Source: a virus | Taxonomy: Duplodnaviria; Caudoviricetes | Virus record (IMG/VR): IMGVR_UViG_3300023284_000199 | Span: 1 to 63,323 of that record | Length of the DNA stretch: 63,323 bases | Strand: one strand, 5' to 3' | Part shown: positions 26,678 through 36,634 of the stretch, piece by piece | How the letters are laid out: each line of letters begins with the position of its first letter | How positions within the stretch are numbered: position 1 is the first letter of the stretch | Notes under the pieces: generated by a model | The model's input: only the letters and a program-made list of their open reading frames with translations | Databases searched by the model: none | What the model was told of the DNA's origin: nothing | Made by a program: the position numbers and the translations under genes

Positions 26678-27133
26678 ATGCCTCTAGCTAGTATTGTGGT
26701 GGGAACTAACGAGATTTTTGAACATTTCAAAACCGCTTGGGATGCACAAACCCCACCTATACCTCAAATCGTTTATCAAGATTCTTCTGTAACTGAAGAC
26801 CCTCCAACAACAGAATTAGCTTTTGTACATGCTTTTGTTCAACATAATATCATGGGACAATCTACTCTTTCCGGCGAAGTAGGTAATAAACGATTTCAAA
26901 GACTAGGGTTTTTTACTGTAGAGATAAGAACTCCCGCTGCTAATGACGTAGCTGCTGCCACTTTAAGTAACCGTGAATACGGAGATATTCTACTTACGGC
27001 TTTCGAAGGTCAGAACGGTGGTCCTAATGACGAGATAACATTTACAAATGCGGTGTATAATGAAATTGGAAAAGATGGTTTATGGTTTCAAGGTGTATTT
27101 AGCGTAGAATTCGAATACACCACAATAAGGTAG
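26678..27133 (+). CDS. tail terminator protein
   Basis: 151 aa before the tail tube; Q.TL.G..G..RF.R.G...VEI.TP..EIG.DG.WFQ..F.VEFEY. Confidence 0.7.
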   Translation: MPLASIVVGTNEIFEHFKTAWDAQTPPIPQIVYQDSSVTEDPPTTELAFVHAFVQHNIMGQSTLSGEVGNKRFQRLGFFTVEIRTPAANDVAAATLSNREYGDILLTAFEGQNGGPNDEITFTNAVYNEIGKDGLWFQGVFSVEFEYTTIR

Positions 27134-27197
27134 ACAGCTATTCTTTTTTCCTATAATATACTTCATATCGATATGCGCGTAGAGGAAACGGAAAAAC

Positions 27198-28724
27198 ATG
27201 GCCCAAGTTAATAAAATTGACTCCAATTCAACAGGATTAAGATATGCTGAAGAAGTTTCTATAGGTGTTCTTCCCGGTTCTCCTGTTTGGAATCCACTAG
27301 AACCTAACAGTTACGATGATTTTGGTGGAGATATTACCACGGTTGCTCGTAACCCAATTAATGAATCTAGACAGCGCCAAAAGGGTGTTGTGGTTGATTT
27401 GGATGCTGCTGGTGGATTTAATAACGATCTTACCCAAACTAATTTTGAAGACATTATGCAAGGATTCTTCTTTGCTGATCTTCGTCCTAAAGGTGAAGAA
27501 TTACCTACAGGCGCTAACTCTGTTGGTGATCTTTATGAAGTAGCTTTAACAGCCGGTTTCTTGGTTGGGGATATTATTGAATCTTCTAATTGGCCGGATG
27601 CTGTAAATAACGGAATTAAAGACGTTACTGCAATTGTTGCGGATACTTCTGTAGCAGTTTCACAAACTCTTGTTACTGATGCAGCACCTCCTGCTGATGC
27701 TGAAATTGTTGTGGTTGGATTCACTTTTGTCGCTGGTGATCTTGATGTGACTGCCCCTGGCGGTGGTGTTCTTCCTACGCTTGATGCAACAGCTAAAGAT
27801 TTAACAGAGCTAGGGTTGATCCCTGGTGAATGGATTTTTGTTGGTGGTGATCTTGCTGCTGAAGCTTTCACAAACGCCACAAATAATGGCTTCATGCGTG
27901 TAAAAACTATTACAGCTACGAATATCACTATTGATAAAGCTAGTGGTGTTATGGTTACTGAGGCTTCTACTACGGAAACAATCAAACTGTACATCGGTCG
28001 TATTCTGAAAAACGAATCTGATGCTACTTTGATCAAAAGACGTAGCTACAACCTAGAACGTACTTTGGGTATGCCTGATGATGCTATGGCATCGGAAATT
28101 CAAGCTGAATATGTTGAAGGTGCTGTTGCTAATGAAATCGTTTTCAACTTCAACACTGCTGATAAGATTACTGCTGATTTGAATTTTGTCGCTACTGACC
28201 ACACAACTATCGATGGTCCTACAGCTTTGAAAACAGGTACTCGTCCAGTTTTGGTTGGTGAAGATGGTATCAACACTTCTAATGATATTTCTAGACTGAA
28301 AATAAATGTGGTTGATCTTACCGACGAGTTTCCGACAGCGTTGTTTGGATTCTTAACTGAATTCACAGTTACAATCAACAACAACGTGTCTCCTAACAAA
28401 GCCATTTCGGTTTTGGGAGCGTTCGATTTGACTGCTGGTCAGTTTAACGTTGATGGGACAGCCACAGCCTACTTCTCGAATGTTTCAGCTATTGCGGCTA
28501 TCAGAAGCAACAGTGACGTGACTATGGACTTTGCGATGGTGAAAAACAATTCAGGTATCTTGGTTGATATCCCATTGATTGCTCTTGGTGGTGGTCTATT
28601 GGATGTTGCTCAAGACGAACCTATTCTAATGCCTTTAGAACAGCCTGCCGCTGCTGACAGAGTGCTAAATCATACCCTGTTGATGCAGTGGTTTGATTTC
28701 CTACCGAATGCTGCTGACGTTTAA
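27198..28724 (+). CDS. major tail tube protein
   Basis: 508 aa; KIDSN.TGLRYAEE..W.PLEPNSY.DFGG.ITTVAR.PIN.SRQR.KG. Confidence 0.88.
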   Translation: MAQVNKIDSNSTGLRYAEEVSIGVLPGSPVWNPLEPNSYDDFGGDITTVARNPINESRQRQKGVVVDLDAAGGFNNDLTQTNFEDIMQGFFFADLRPKGEELPTGANSVGDLYEVALTAGFLVGDIIESSNWPDAVNNGIKDVTAIVADTSVAVSQTLVTDAAPPADAEIVVVGFTFVAGDLDVTAPGGGVLPTLDATAKDLTELGLIPGEWIFVGGDLAAEAFTNATNNGFMRVKTITATNITIDKASGVMVTEASTTETIKLYIGRILKNESDATLIKRRSYNLERTLGMPDDAMASEIQAEYVEGAVANEIVFNFNTADKITADLNFVATDHTTIDGPTALKTGTRPVLVGEDGINTSNDISRLKINVVDLTDEFPTALFGFLTEFTVTINNNVSPNKAISVLGAFDLTAGQFNVDGTATAYFSNVSAIAAIRSNSDVTMDFAMVKNNSGILVDIPLIALGGGLLDVAQDEPILMPLEQPAAADRVLNHTLLMQWFDFLPNAADV

Positions 28725-28814
28725 AAAACGCGCACATGAGAGCTTGTGGGGATAGCTCTATAAACCCCTCACCACATTCCTTTTCAATGATGATACATAT
28801 GGGAGTATGATGCG

Positions 28815-29285
28815 ATGAGTCTGTATAAAACATTCAAGACTAATGAGGACATGGAACGTCAAGGTATCGAGCTAGATTTCGGTCCTAATGAAGATTTGCC
28901 TAAAGGCGAAGATGACAAGCATCCAAGTACTGTTTTAACTTGTGCTAGGGCTGGTGGAGCTAACGATAGGTTTGCTAAAGCCTTGGAACAAAAATATCGT
29001 CCGTATCGAACACAAATCGATAATGATACTATGGATGAAAAAGTGGCGAGTGATTTGCTTGCTGAAGCTTTTGCAGAAACTATTATTTTGGGTTGGAAAG
29101 GTGTTAGTTCTCTTGATATTGGTCTTACTGAAGAAGGTGAAGACGTTTATGAAGTTAATTTCAGCAAAGAATATTGCACTATGATGTTCATTAATTTGCC
29201 AGAACATTTCAAGGATGTTCGTACTCAAACTATGAAGTTTACAAATTTCCGTAAAGCCGAAATGGAACAAGACGTAAAAAACTAA
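28815..29285 (+). CDS. tail assembly chaperone (gpG-like)
   Basis: MSLYKTF.TN...E..GI.LD.G..ARAGGAN..F.KA..PYR; ends at a slippery site. Confidence 0.85.
   Translation: MSLYKTFKTNEDMERQGIELDFGPNEDLPKGEDDKHPSTVLTCARAGGANDRFAKALEQKYRPYRTQIDNDTMDEKVASDLLAEAFAETIILGWKGVSSLDIGLTEEGEDVYEVNFSKEYCTMMFINLPEHFKDVRTQTMKFTNFRKAEMEQDVKN
29276..29282 (+). other. -1 programmed frameshift heptamer A AAA AAC
   Basis: GTA AAA AAC TAA; the -1 frame is open (KKLTEYLLYQLQYG...) into the 29360-29641 ORF. Confidence 0.8.
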
Positions 29286-29641
29286 CCGAATATCTGCTTT
29301 ACCAACTACAATACGGTGAAACAGATATACAAATAGTTCGATTAGCCAAAATCAATAGTATGCCACTTCCACCCCGGATTGTAAATCGGCCAAGGCTGTT
29401 ACCGGGGTTGGATTTCTATTATCATGTGTACTCCAAATTGACTACTGCTAGAGGGGGTATGGGTGATGGTTTCATACCTATTAATGTTATATGGGACTTT
29501 TGTGATAGAAATGATATAACGGGATATGAGCAAGAAAGATTGATTGAGATAGTCATGTCCATAGATTTAGCGTATATTAAGTATAAGCAAGAAGAATCAA
29601 AAATTAAAGCCAAGTCTTTACAGAAAGGTAAACAGAAGTAA
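29282..29641 (+). CDS. tail assembly chaperone frameshift extension (gpT-like)
   Basis: In frame with the -1 shift; P.L.PGL.FY..VY..L.TAR..G.G.IP. Confidence 0.8.
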   Translation, partial: LTEYLLYQLQYGETDIQIVRLAKINSMPLPPRIVNRPRLLPGLDFYYHVYSKLTTARGGMGDGFIPINVIWDFCDRNDITGYEQERLIEIVMSIDLAYIKYKQEESKIKAKSLQKGKQK

Positions 29642-30114
29642 TGGCGCGTGCCAAACCTTTTTCTCAATTGCCGAAGTTCATTAATCAACGTAAGAAAAAC
29701 ATTGATCCTGCAATAAGTAGAATAATGAAAAAAGTGGCTAAAGTAGGTCATACGGCTCTTATTTTAGGAACTCCTGTAGACATTGGTACAGCACGTTCAA
29801 ATTGGGTGATGACAAAAGATACACCTAACAGAACTCCTATTCCAGCATATGCACCGGGAGAAAAATTAGGTATTGGAGAGAGAGCTAACGCTTCTGCTGC
29901 AATTGGTCAGGGTGAAACAGCATTATCTACATTTAGTTTAGGTGCTAATAGGAGTATATTCATAACAAACTTTATACGCTATATCAGTTTTTTAAATGGT
30001 CCACCCTTTCATTCTAAACAAACTCCCGGTAAATTCGTAGAGAAAGCTTTTCAATTGATGCGAAGCATAGTGAAATCAGAAAGATTAAATTTAGCTAAAA
30101 AACGAGGATTCTAA
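29641..30114 (+). CDS. HK97 gp10-like tail completion protein
   Basis: TPVDIGTARSNW, IFITN...YI..LN, SKQTP..FVE. Confidence 0.8.
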   Translation: MARAKPFSQLPKFINQRKKNIDPAISRIMKKVAKVGHTALILGTPVDIGTARSNWVMTKDTPNRTPIPAYAPGEKLGIGERANASAAIGQGETALSTFSLGANRSIFITNFIRYISFLNGPPFHSKQTPGKFVEKAFQLMRSIVKSERLNLAKKRGF

Positions 30115-30117
30115 GTA

Positions 30118-33100
30118 ATGGCTACAGAACGATTTATCATTGAAATTAGAGCTAAAGGGACTCGCAGAGTTAAGCGTGATCTTGATAGTATTAATCGTTC
30201 GGCACAAGGCGCACGAAAAACTCTAGCCTTTTTACGTGCTGCTTTGGTTGTGGTTGCGTCGGCTAGAATTGCTAAACAGTTTCTTGATCTTGCTGATGTA
30301 TTTACGCTTATGAGGAACAGAATCAGATTGCTTACAAAAGATACTAGGCAACTGAATGCGGTTCAAAACACTCTATTTAAAATTTCACAAGAAACAAGAA
30401 CTTCATTCGAAGCCAACGCAACACTTTTTACACGTATGACTCGTGCAACAGGAAACCTTGGGTTAAACTTCGGTCGTCTTTTAGATATAACCAGAGGTCT
30501 ATCTCAAGCTGTGGCTATTGGTGGTTCTACGGTTCAAGAATCAACTAATGCCATGATCCAATTTTCACAAGCTTTAGCTGCGGGTGCGTTAACTGGTGAT
30601 GAACTACGATCAGTGACAGAACAATTACCTGTTTTAGCTCAAATCATAGCTAAAGAATTTGGTCTTGCTGCTGGACAATTAATAACGTTTGCTAAAACTA
30701 ATGATCGTGCTTTAAAGACAGAACGTATTATAAAAGCCATAGAAGATGCATTACCAGGTTTAGCTAAAGCCTTCGCTACTACTCAATCTACCATAGGTCA
30801 AGGTTTTGAGCGTGTTAATAATGCTTTGATTTTCTTTATTGGTAAAGTGGGTGCTGCTTCAGGTATAGGAGCTTTATTTGCTAATACCCTTAATGACATA
30901 GCTAATAATATAGGGCTTGTGTTAGCAGGTTTATTGGCTATAACTGGTATAATTGTATTTAATCTTTTGATATCTCAAGTTGGTAAATTTATTAAATTAT
31001 TAGTTTCAATACCTGTATTTATAACTAGTAAATTAATAGGTGTATTTCTACTATTAATAGTTCCTATTAAATTAATTGCTCTCGGGATTTTAGGAATAGG
31101 AAAAGCTTTATTAGCTATAAATGTAGTGGCTATATTGACTACCATAAGAGTTTCTTTTTTGAGTGCGGTAGTTTCTGTGAATATATTGTCGGCAGCAGTT
31201 AAACTTGTGTTTTTATCTTTTAAAAATTTAAGGTCCACTATTAAATTATTAACAACTGCTTTCATATCTTTGCAAATTGCTTTAGTGGCAGTGCGAGTAT
31301 CTATGTCTATTTTAGCCGGTTTTGTACTTGCTAGATTGATATCAGGTTTTATAAAAGCAAAAATAGCTGTTTTGGCCTTCGCGGCATCTCTTAGAACCCT
31401 AGCAGGTGTGTTTGCTTTAGTTAAAACTATAGGTAAATCATTATTAATTTTTGTAGTTCTTTTTAAGGGCGCTTTAATAGGTTTAGTCACAGTTTTAGGA
31501 ATATTAAAAGTGGCAGTACTAGCTAACCCGTTATTTTTATTGGGTGCCCTTCTGATTGGTGCTGTTGTTTTAGCTTTTGTTGTTTTTGAAGATGAAATAC
31601 AAAATACCATAAAAGCTATAAAAGATATGATTCCTACCTTTACTGAAATGGGTATAGGAGCGTTAGCTACATTAGATACTATAGTAGACAATTGGCGTAA
31701 TTTACCAATTATTATGAAAGAAATAGCCATAGATGCAGTTAATTTTCTAGTTAAAAGTTTTCAAATCGCAGGGAACAAAATTATTGACGTTTTTAATAGT
31801 CTTGGAGGTAATGTAAAACCTATTATTGTTGCTGATATTATAAAAACTCCTAGAGAAGAAGTGGCCGCAGTTGTAGAATCACAAAAAGGATTAACCCCAG
31901 AAACCGGACCTGATGATATTTTTGGGGGTAGAAATACACTCACTAAAGTTCAAAAATTCACCAAAGAATTTAATAAAAATCTTAAATCTATAGAAGAAAA
32001 AGGACTTTCTAAATCTTTACAAGACCGTTTAGAAACTCTTAAAGAACTTTTTAAGACTTTTACTCTTGGTGGCCTTGATGCAGACGAAATGGAAAAACTT
32101 ATTAAAGAATATGCGTCACTTCAAGATGCTATGAACGGAGTTTCCGGTGTTACTCAAACCCTTCAAACTAGATTTGATAAACTTGTGGACAAATTCAACC
32201 CTGTTGCATCAGCCGCTAGAAAAGTTAAAGAAGCCTTAGAAGCTATACGTGCTGTAGACCCCGGCAGAGCGCCTGATGAAATTGGACGGGAAACCGGAGT
32301 TAGACAAGGTATTAGTGATGCGGGTGCAAAACTCATAAAAGCTTTTAAACGTGATTTGGTTGGTGTTGGTAATGAGGCAGAAATCACAAAGCAAAAAATA
32401 GATGTTCTTAAAGATTTCCAACTTAATCCTAAAAATGGTATAACTGATGGAGAGCTTGATGAACAGTTGAGAATTCTTAATGAAGATTTAACTATTTTTA
32501 AAACAAATATTGATCAAATAAATTTAGCGGGTACTTTTGATCCTGCTATTGATCTTGCAGAACAACTCAGGGTTGGATTAGTTACCTTAAATTCAGCAGA
32601 ACGTGCGGGTAATGCAACTATAATAACTAGAGCAGAATTGGTTAAACGGTTAACCAGAGAATCACTCGGGTTAGATAACGAACAAGTTAGGATGGCGGGT
32701 ACTACCAAAAATATAGATGCCGCCTTGAAAACTAATAGCATATCTATGGCAGAAGCGGTGGTGTTGAGAAAAAATTTAGCAGAAAGTACTAGACTTTTCA
32801 ATGCGGAACAAACTGTAGATAATATATTAGCTCAAACAGATGCATTTAAAAAAGAATCAGCGGCTATTAAACAGGTTGTAGATGCTTTTGCAGAGTTGAG
32901 AGCCGCTAATGGTGATGCGAGTGGAGAACAAGCAGCTATCATAAGAGCAAGACGTGAAGCATCTGGTGTGGGTAATGAAGAGTTTGTTCGTTTAAAAAAT
33001 ATAGCTCAAATACGCCAACAGCTTTCAGAACAAATTATAACTCAATCTGAAGCTACGAAAAAATTGATAGCTATTCAAGAGTCTAGCTCTAAATTCAAAG

Positions 33101-34257
33101 CCGAACAGAAACTATTAAGTCAAGTTGGTGCTGTTAATAAATTGGTTGCTGCCAATAAGCAACTTGCCGATATAGAACGTGAATTTGATAAGTTACGTAC
33201 TGATGGTGTTGGTACTGAGAAAGAAAGAGAAGAAGTGTTACGCCGCACTATACGTGAGATTGTTGGTGTGGGCAATGCAACTACAGATTTAGCAGAGAAA
33301 CAAGAATTACTTGGGGCAGCTTTGAAGCAAGGTGCCATTGATTTTGACGAGTTTCGTAGAGCTATGCGTGATGCTCGAATTGATTTCTTAGAAACACAAA
33401 CCGATTTCTCTTCTGGTTTTGAACGTGGTGTTCTAAAAGCGCGTAGAGACTTAGAAGATTTTGCTTCAGCGGCAGAAAGTGCTGTTGTGGGTGCTTTTGA
33501 TTCTATGAAAGATGCTTTAGCTGACTTTATTGAAACAGGAGAATTCTCACTTGAAGGGTTCATTAACACCATTCGTAGAAGTTTTGCTGAATTAGCCGCT
33601 CAGTCGCTCCTTAACGAGGCCCTGAGTGGGTTCGAGGAACTTTTTGGCATCGCACTACCCGGTGGAAAGAATGAGGCTCAGGGGCAGGGTGCGGACCTTG
33701 GGGTAGGTTTTTTACAAGGTGGACTGACAGGTGCATCTCTAGCGGGAGATTTCTTAGCTGCTATGCAAGGTGCCAGTGCATTCCCAGGATTAAGCGGTGG
33801 GGGTGGATTAACAATAGGGGATAGTCCACCATTAACTGATGATACAATTATACCTAAGCTAGATGGAATTTCAGATGCATTAAGCAATTTGGGAGATTTA
33901 TTTAGTAGCGGTCTTAGTAGCCTTTTAAATCTCTTTAGCGGTAGTCTTGGTTCATTAGGTGGACTAGCAGGATTAATCGGTTTCAGACATGGAGGTAACT
34001 TCACAATACCGGGTCCAAATACAGGAATAGATGATAAATTAGTAGCCTTTAGAGGTAGTGGGGGTGAACAAGTTACAGTGACTCCGACTAATCAAGTTGC
34101 AGATAGGGCTCAAGGTCTTATTGCTGCACCTTCAAATATTAATATTTCAAGACTAGTTATAAACACCGAACAAAAAGACAATGCTAGAAAAACGAATGAT
34201 CAAATTGATAGAAAAGCTACTGTTGGTATTAGACGAACAGTGCAAAGAGGATTTTAA
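30118..34257 (+). CDS. tape measure protein
   Basis: 1379 aa; tape-measure N-terminal domain (AMIQFSQALAAGAL.GDELRSV.EQ.P), long hydrophobic stretch, GFRHGG C-terminus. Confidence 0.93.
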   Translation: MATERFIIEIRAKGTRRVKRDLDSINRSAQGARKTLAFLRAALVVVASARIAKQFLDLADVFTLMRNRIRLLTKDTRQLNAVQNTLFKISQETRTSFEANATLFTRMTRATGNLGLNFGRLLDITRGLSQAVAIGGSTVQESTNAMIQFSQALAAGALTGDELRSVTEQLPVLAQIIAKEFGLAAGQLITFAKTNDRALKTERIIKAIEDALPGLAKAFATTQSTIGQGFERVNNALIFFIGKVGAASGIGALFANTLNDIANNIGLVLAGLLAITGIIVFNLLISQVGKFIKLLVSIPVFITSKLIGVFLLLIVPIKLIALGILGIGKALLAINVVAILTTIRVSFLSAVVSVNILSAAVKLVFLSFKNLRSTIKLLTTAFISLQIALVAVRVSMSILAGFVLARLISGFIKAKIAVLAFAASLRTLAGVFALVKTIGKSLLIFVVLFKGALIGLVTVLGILKVAVLANPLFLLGALLIGAVVLAFVVFEDEIQNTIKAIKDMIPTFTEMGIGALATLDTIVDNWRNLPIIMKEIAIDAVNFLVKSFQIAGNKIIDVFNSLGGNVKPIIVADIIKTPREEVAAVVESQKGLTPETGPDDIFGGRNTLTKVQKFTKEFNKNLKSIEEKGLSKSLQDRLETLKELFKTFTLGGLDADEMEKLIKEYASLQDAMNGVSGVTQTLQTRFDKLVDKFNPVASAARKVKEALEAIRAVDPGRAPDEIGRETGVRQGISDAGAKLIKAFKRDLVGVGNEAEITKQKIDVLKDFQLNPKNGITDGELDEQLRILNEDLTIFKTNIDQINLAGTFDPAIDLAEQLRVGLVTLNSAERAGNATIITRAELVKRLTRESLGLDNEQVRMAGTTKNIDAALKTNSISMAEAVVLRKNLAESTRLFNAEQTVDNILAQTDAFKKESAAIKQVVDAFAELRAANGDASGEQAAIIRARREASGVGNEEFVRLKNIAQIRQQLSEQIITQSEATKKLIAIQESSSKFKAEQKLLSQVGAVNKLVAANKQLADIEREFDKLRTDGVGTEKEREEVLRRTIREIVGVGNATTDLAEKQELLGAALKQGAIDFDEFRRAMRDARIDFLETQTDFSSGFERGVLKARRDLEDFASAAESAVVGAFDSMKDALADFIETGEFSLEGFINTIRRSFAELAAQSLLNEALSGFEELFGIALPGGKNEAQGQGADLGVGFLQGGLTGASLAGDFLAAMQGASAFPGLSGGGGLTIGDSPPLTDDTIIPKLDGISDALSNLGDLFSSGLSSLLNLFSGSLGSLGGLAGLIGFRHGGNFTIPGPNTGIDDKLVAFRGSGGEQVTVTPTNQVADRAQGLIAAPSNINISRLVINTEQKDNARKTNDQIDRKATVGIRRTVQRGF

Positions 34258-34914
34258 ATGGCGCATTATGATGATGTAGTATTACCAGAAGAAGTAGAAC
34301 GTGGTGTTACAGGAGGCCCCAGGTTTCTTACTGTTGTAGCAGAACTGCCTAGCGGTTTTCGTCAATCTTTAAGTTATTGGCCCCAAGTTAGAGGTGAGTG
34401 GGATATTGCTTATGGTATTGCCAAATTAGAAGATGCTGTAGCTGCTTTTCAAATAAATTCTGTATCAGATATTTTCTATGTATTAGAAGGTAGAGCACAT
34501 AGTGGTTTGTTTAAAGACTGGGCAGATTATCAAACACCTTATGACTATCCTAATCTTATAGGTGGAGCCGCGTTTCAAAGTATTGGCACTGGTGATGGTA
34601 TAGAAACAGATTTTCAACTTACAAAAACGTATATTGTGGGTTCTAGAACCTATATTAGAACAATACAAAAACCAGTTTCAGCAACTTTAGTTGTACGAAA
34701 AGGTGTTACACCTCAAAATGATCCGGCTGATTATACTATTACAGCTTTAGGACTAGTTCAATTTGTTGTAGCTCCCGCTGGTGCTGTTGATGTAAATTTT
34801 CAATCTGATTATTCTGTTCCTTTTGCTTTTCAAGATGATAAATTTGAAATAACTATGGCCACGTTTGAAGCGGGGCAGATACCTTCCACAATGATTGAAC
34901 AGGTTCTTTTATAA
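34258..34914 (+). CDS. distal tail protein, DUF2460/GTA-like
   Basis: G.TGGPRF.T.V....SG..Q....W; GRAH...FKDWADY; IGTGDG..T.FQL.KTY; I.KPV. Confidence 0.85.
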   Translation: MAHYDDVVLPEEVERGVTGGPRFLTVVAELPSGFRQSLSYWPQVRGEWDIAYGIAKLEDAVAAFQINSVSDIFYVLEGRAHSGLFKDWADYQTPYDYPNLIGGAAFQSIGTGDGIETDFQLTKTYIVGSRTYIRTIQKPVSATLVVRKGVTPQNDPADYTITALGLVQFVVAPAGAVDVNFQSDYSVPFAFQDDKFEITMATFEAGQIPSTMIEQVLL

Positions 34915-36350
34915 TGCCAAGAAATTTTCCTGCTGCAATGGATGCTGCTATAGCTTTAGGGAATCTGAAGCCCGCATATCTATGGAAGCTTACCTACACA
35001 GATAATACTACTGTAAAAGTTTTCACCAGTCATCAAGCAAATCTTCCTTTTTCTGGTGATATATATCTTGCCAATGTAGGATTTGAACCTAAAGCTGTAG
35101 AATCTTCAGATGAACATAGTGCAAATCCATTAGAAGTTACAGGTTTCTTTTTGGATAGCACTACAGTTTTAAGAGATGATATCCGTAAAGGGCGCTTGGC
35201 TTCTGCTAAATATGAATATTATATTTGTATGTGGGATGATCCTGAAAATACTGCTCATTTAATGAGTGCGGGGCTTGTGAGTGAAATTGTACAGACACCT
35301 ATAGGTTTTCAAATAACTCTAAAAGATTACATGATAGGGTTTGATGTCGTAACCGGACACAAAGCTGTAGAATTTTGCCAAGTTGATTTAGGTAGTTTTG
35401 CATGTGGTATAAAGCTTCAAGCGGCGGCATGGATGGCTACAACGGCTATGACGGCGAGTAGAGTCAGGTTACAAAGAAACGGTATTGTAGTACGTGCTAC
35501 GCCTGCTCAATGGGTAATGTCAACAGTGTATGCAGATGGTACATTTGTTTTTGAGAATGGATTATTTTTTAGATCGGATGGAGGAACAAGCAGTGGATCA
35601 GAACCTACGTGGCCTAATAACCCTGGTGATACGATTGCAGATAATGACATTATTTGGACCGCTACTTCTGCTAACTATGCCCCTAATGAAGTGTGGTTCA
35701 TTTGCACTACAGCGGGTACAACAGGGGAAACGGAACCATCATGGGACTTAACATTGGGGAATACCACAACAGAAACTTTGACCACTGTTACGTGGGTAAC
35801 AGCTACATCCTATCCGGCAGGCTCTACTCTATTAGAGAATGGTTTGATATTTGTGTCAGACGGTGGAACAAGTGGCGGGGGAGAACCTTCATGGCCAAAC
35901 AATCCTGGTGATACTGTAGCAGACAATGATATTATATGGACTGCTTTCGCAAATGTAGCTGCTGTATGGACAACTCAAAAAGCTTTTGGTGTTTCAGGTA
36001 TTGTTACATCAGTTACAAATGAGTTAATATTCATAGACGTAGCTAGAACAGAAGCAGATGATATTATTGGTTTTTGGAGTTTAGGTAAAATTACATGGAC
36101 GGGCGGTGCTAATGTGAATGGTCCTTCTATAGAAGTTGAAGAATTTGTTGTGGGTACATCTGCTTTTACTCTAAAACTTCCTCAAGACGAGACAATGCTA
36201 GTGGGAGATACTTACGATCTTATAACTGGTTGTAATAAATTTACTACTATGTGTGACGGTAAATTTGATAACATGGATGCTTTTAGAGGACCAATGGTAA
36301 TATACCCTGGTAAGAGAGCTGTTGAACGGCTTATTGATGCTAAGGATTAA
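34914..36350 (+). CDS. baseplate hub protein (DUF2163/BR0599, GTA-like) with inserted Trp-rich repeats
   Basis: W.LT..D....FTSH; C..DLG...CGI; G.ITWT.G.N; GD.Y....GCNK....C..KFDN...FRG. Confidence 0.85.
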   Translation: MPRNFPAAMDAAIALGNLKPAYLWKLTYTDNTTVKVFTSHQANLPFSGDIYLANVGFEPKAVESSDEHSANPLEVTGFFLDSTTVLRDDIRKGRLASAKYEYYICMWDDPENTAHLMSAGLVSEIVQTPIGFQITLKDYMIGFDVVTGHKAVEFCQVDLGSFACGIKLQAAAWMATTAMTASRVRLQRNGIVVRATPAQWVMSTVYADGTFVFENGLFFRSDGGTSSGSEPTWPNNPGDTIADNDIIWTATSANYAPNEVWFICTTAGTTGETEPSWDLTLGNTTTETLTTVTWVTATSYPAGSTLLENGLIFVSDGGTSGGGEPSWPNNPGDTVADNDIIWTAFANVAAVWTTQKAFGVSGIVTSVTNELIFIDVARTEADDIIGFWSLGKITWTGGANVNGPSIEVEEFVVGTSAFTLKLPQDETMLVGDTYDLITGCNKFTTMCDGKFDNMDAFRGPMVIYPGKRAVERLIDAKD

Positions 36351-36352
36351 AC

Positions 36353-36634
36353 ATGACAGGATTAAGAAAGATAGCTTGTAAGCTTCATATAGATTACAGA
36401 CACGGGAATCGTATAGATTTTACTTTGTCTATTCCTTTAAGGGTGGAGGGAAAACCTTATAAAGTTCATTCTGTAAATCTTACTAATGGTGATCCTATAG
36501 CCACATTTGATCCACCATTTATGAAAAAATCTGATAGAGATTGGATTTTTAAACGTAAAGTGTTTAAAAGTAAACATAGTCCCACAGGTATGCCTGAAGT
36601 AGTACCTTTAACAGTTTATATAATGGTTGAATAA
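36353..36634 (+). CDS. hypothetical protein at the position of the NlpC/P60 tail peptidase
   Basis: 93 aa; AAGGA SD; coupled to the tail tip gene. Confidence 0.55.
   Translation: MTGLRKIACKLHIDYRHGNRIDFTLSIPLRVEGKPYKVHSVNLTNGDPIATFDPPFMKKSDRDWIFKRKVFKSKHSPTGMPEVVPLTVYIMVE

Noticed and set aside
29276-29282. Tail chaperone -1 frameshift as a novelty
   Set aside because: Standard feature of long-tailed phages; listed as a feature only
30975-34004. Long antisense ORFs within the tape measure gene and other structural genes
   Set aside because: Shadow frames of strongly biased coding sequence
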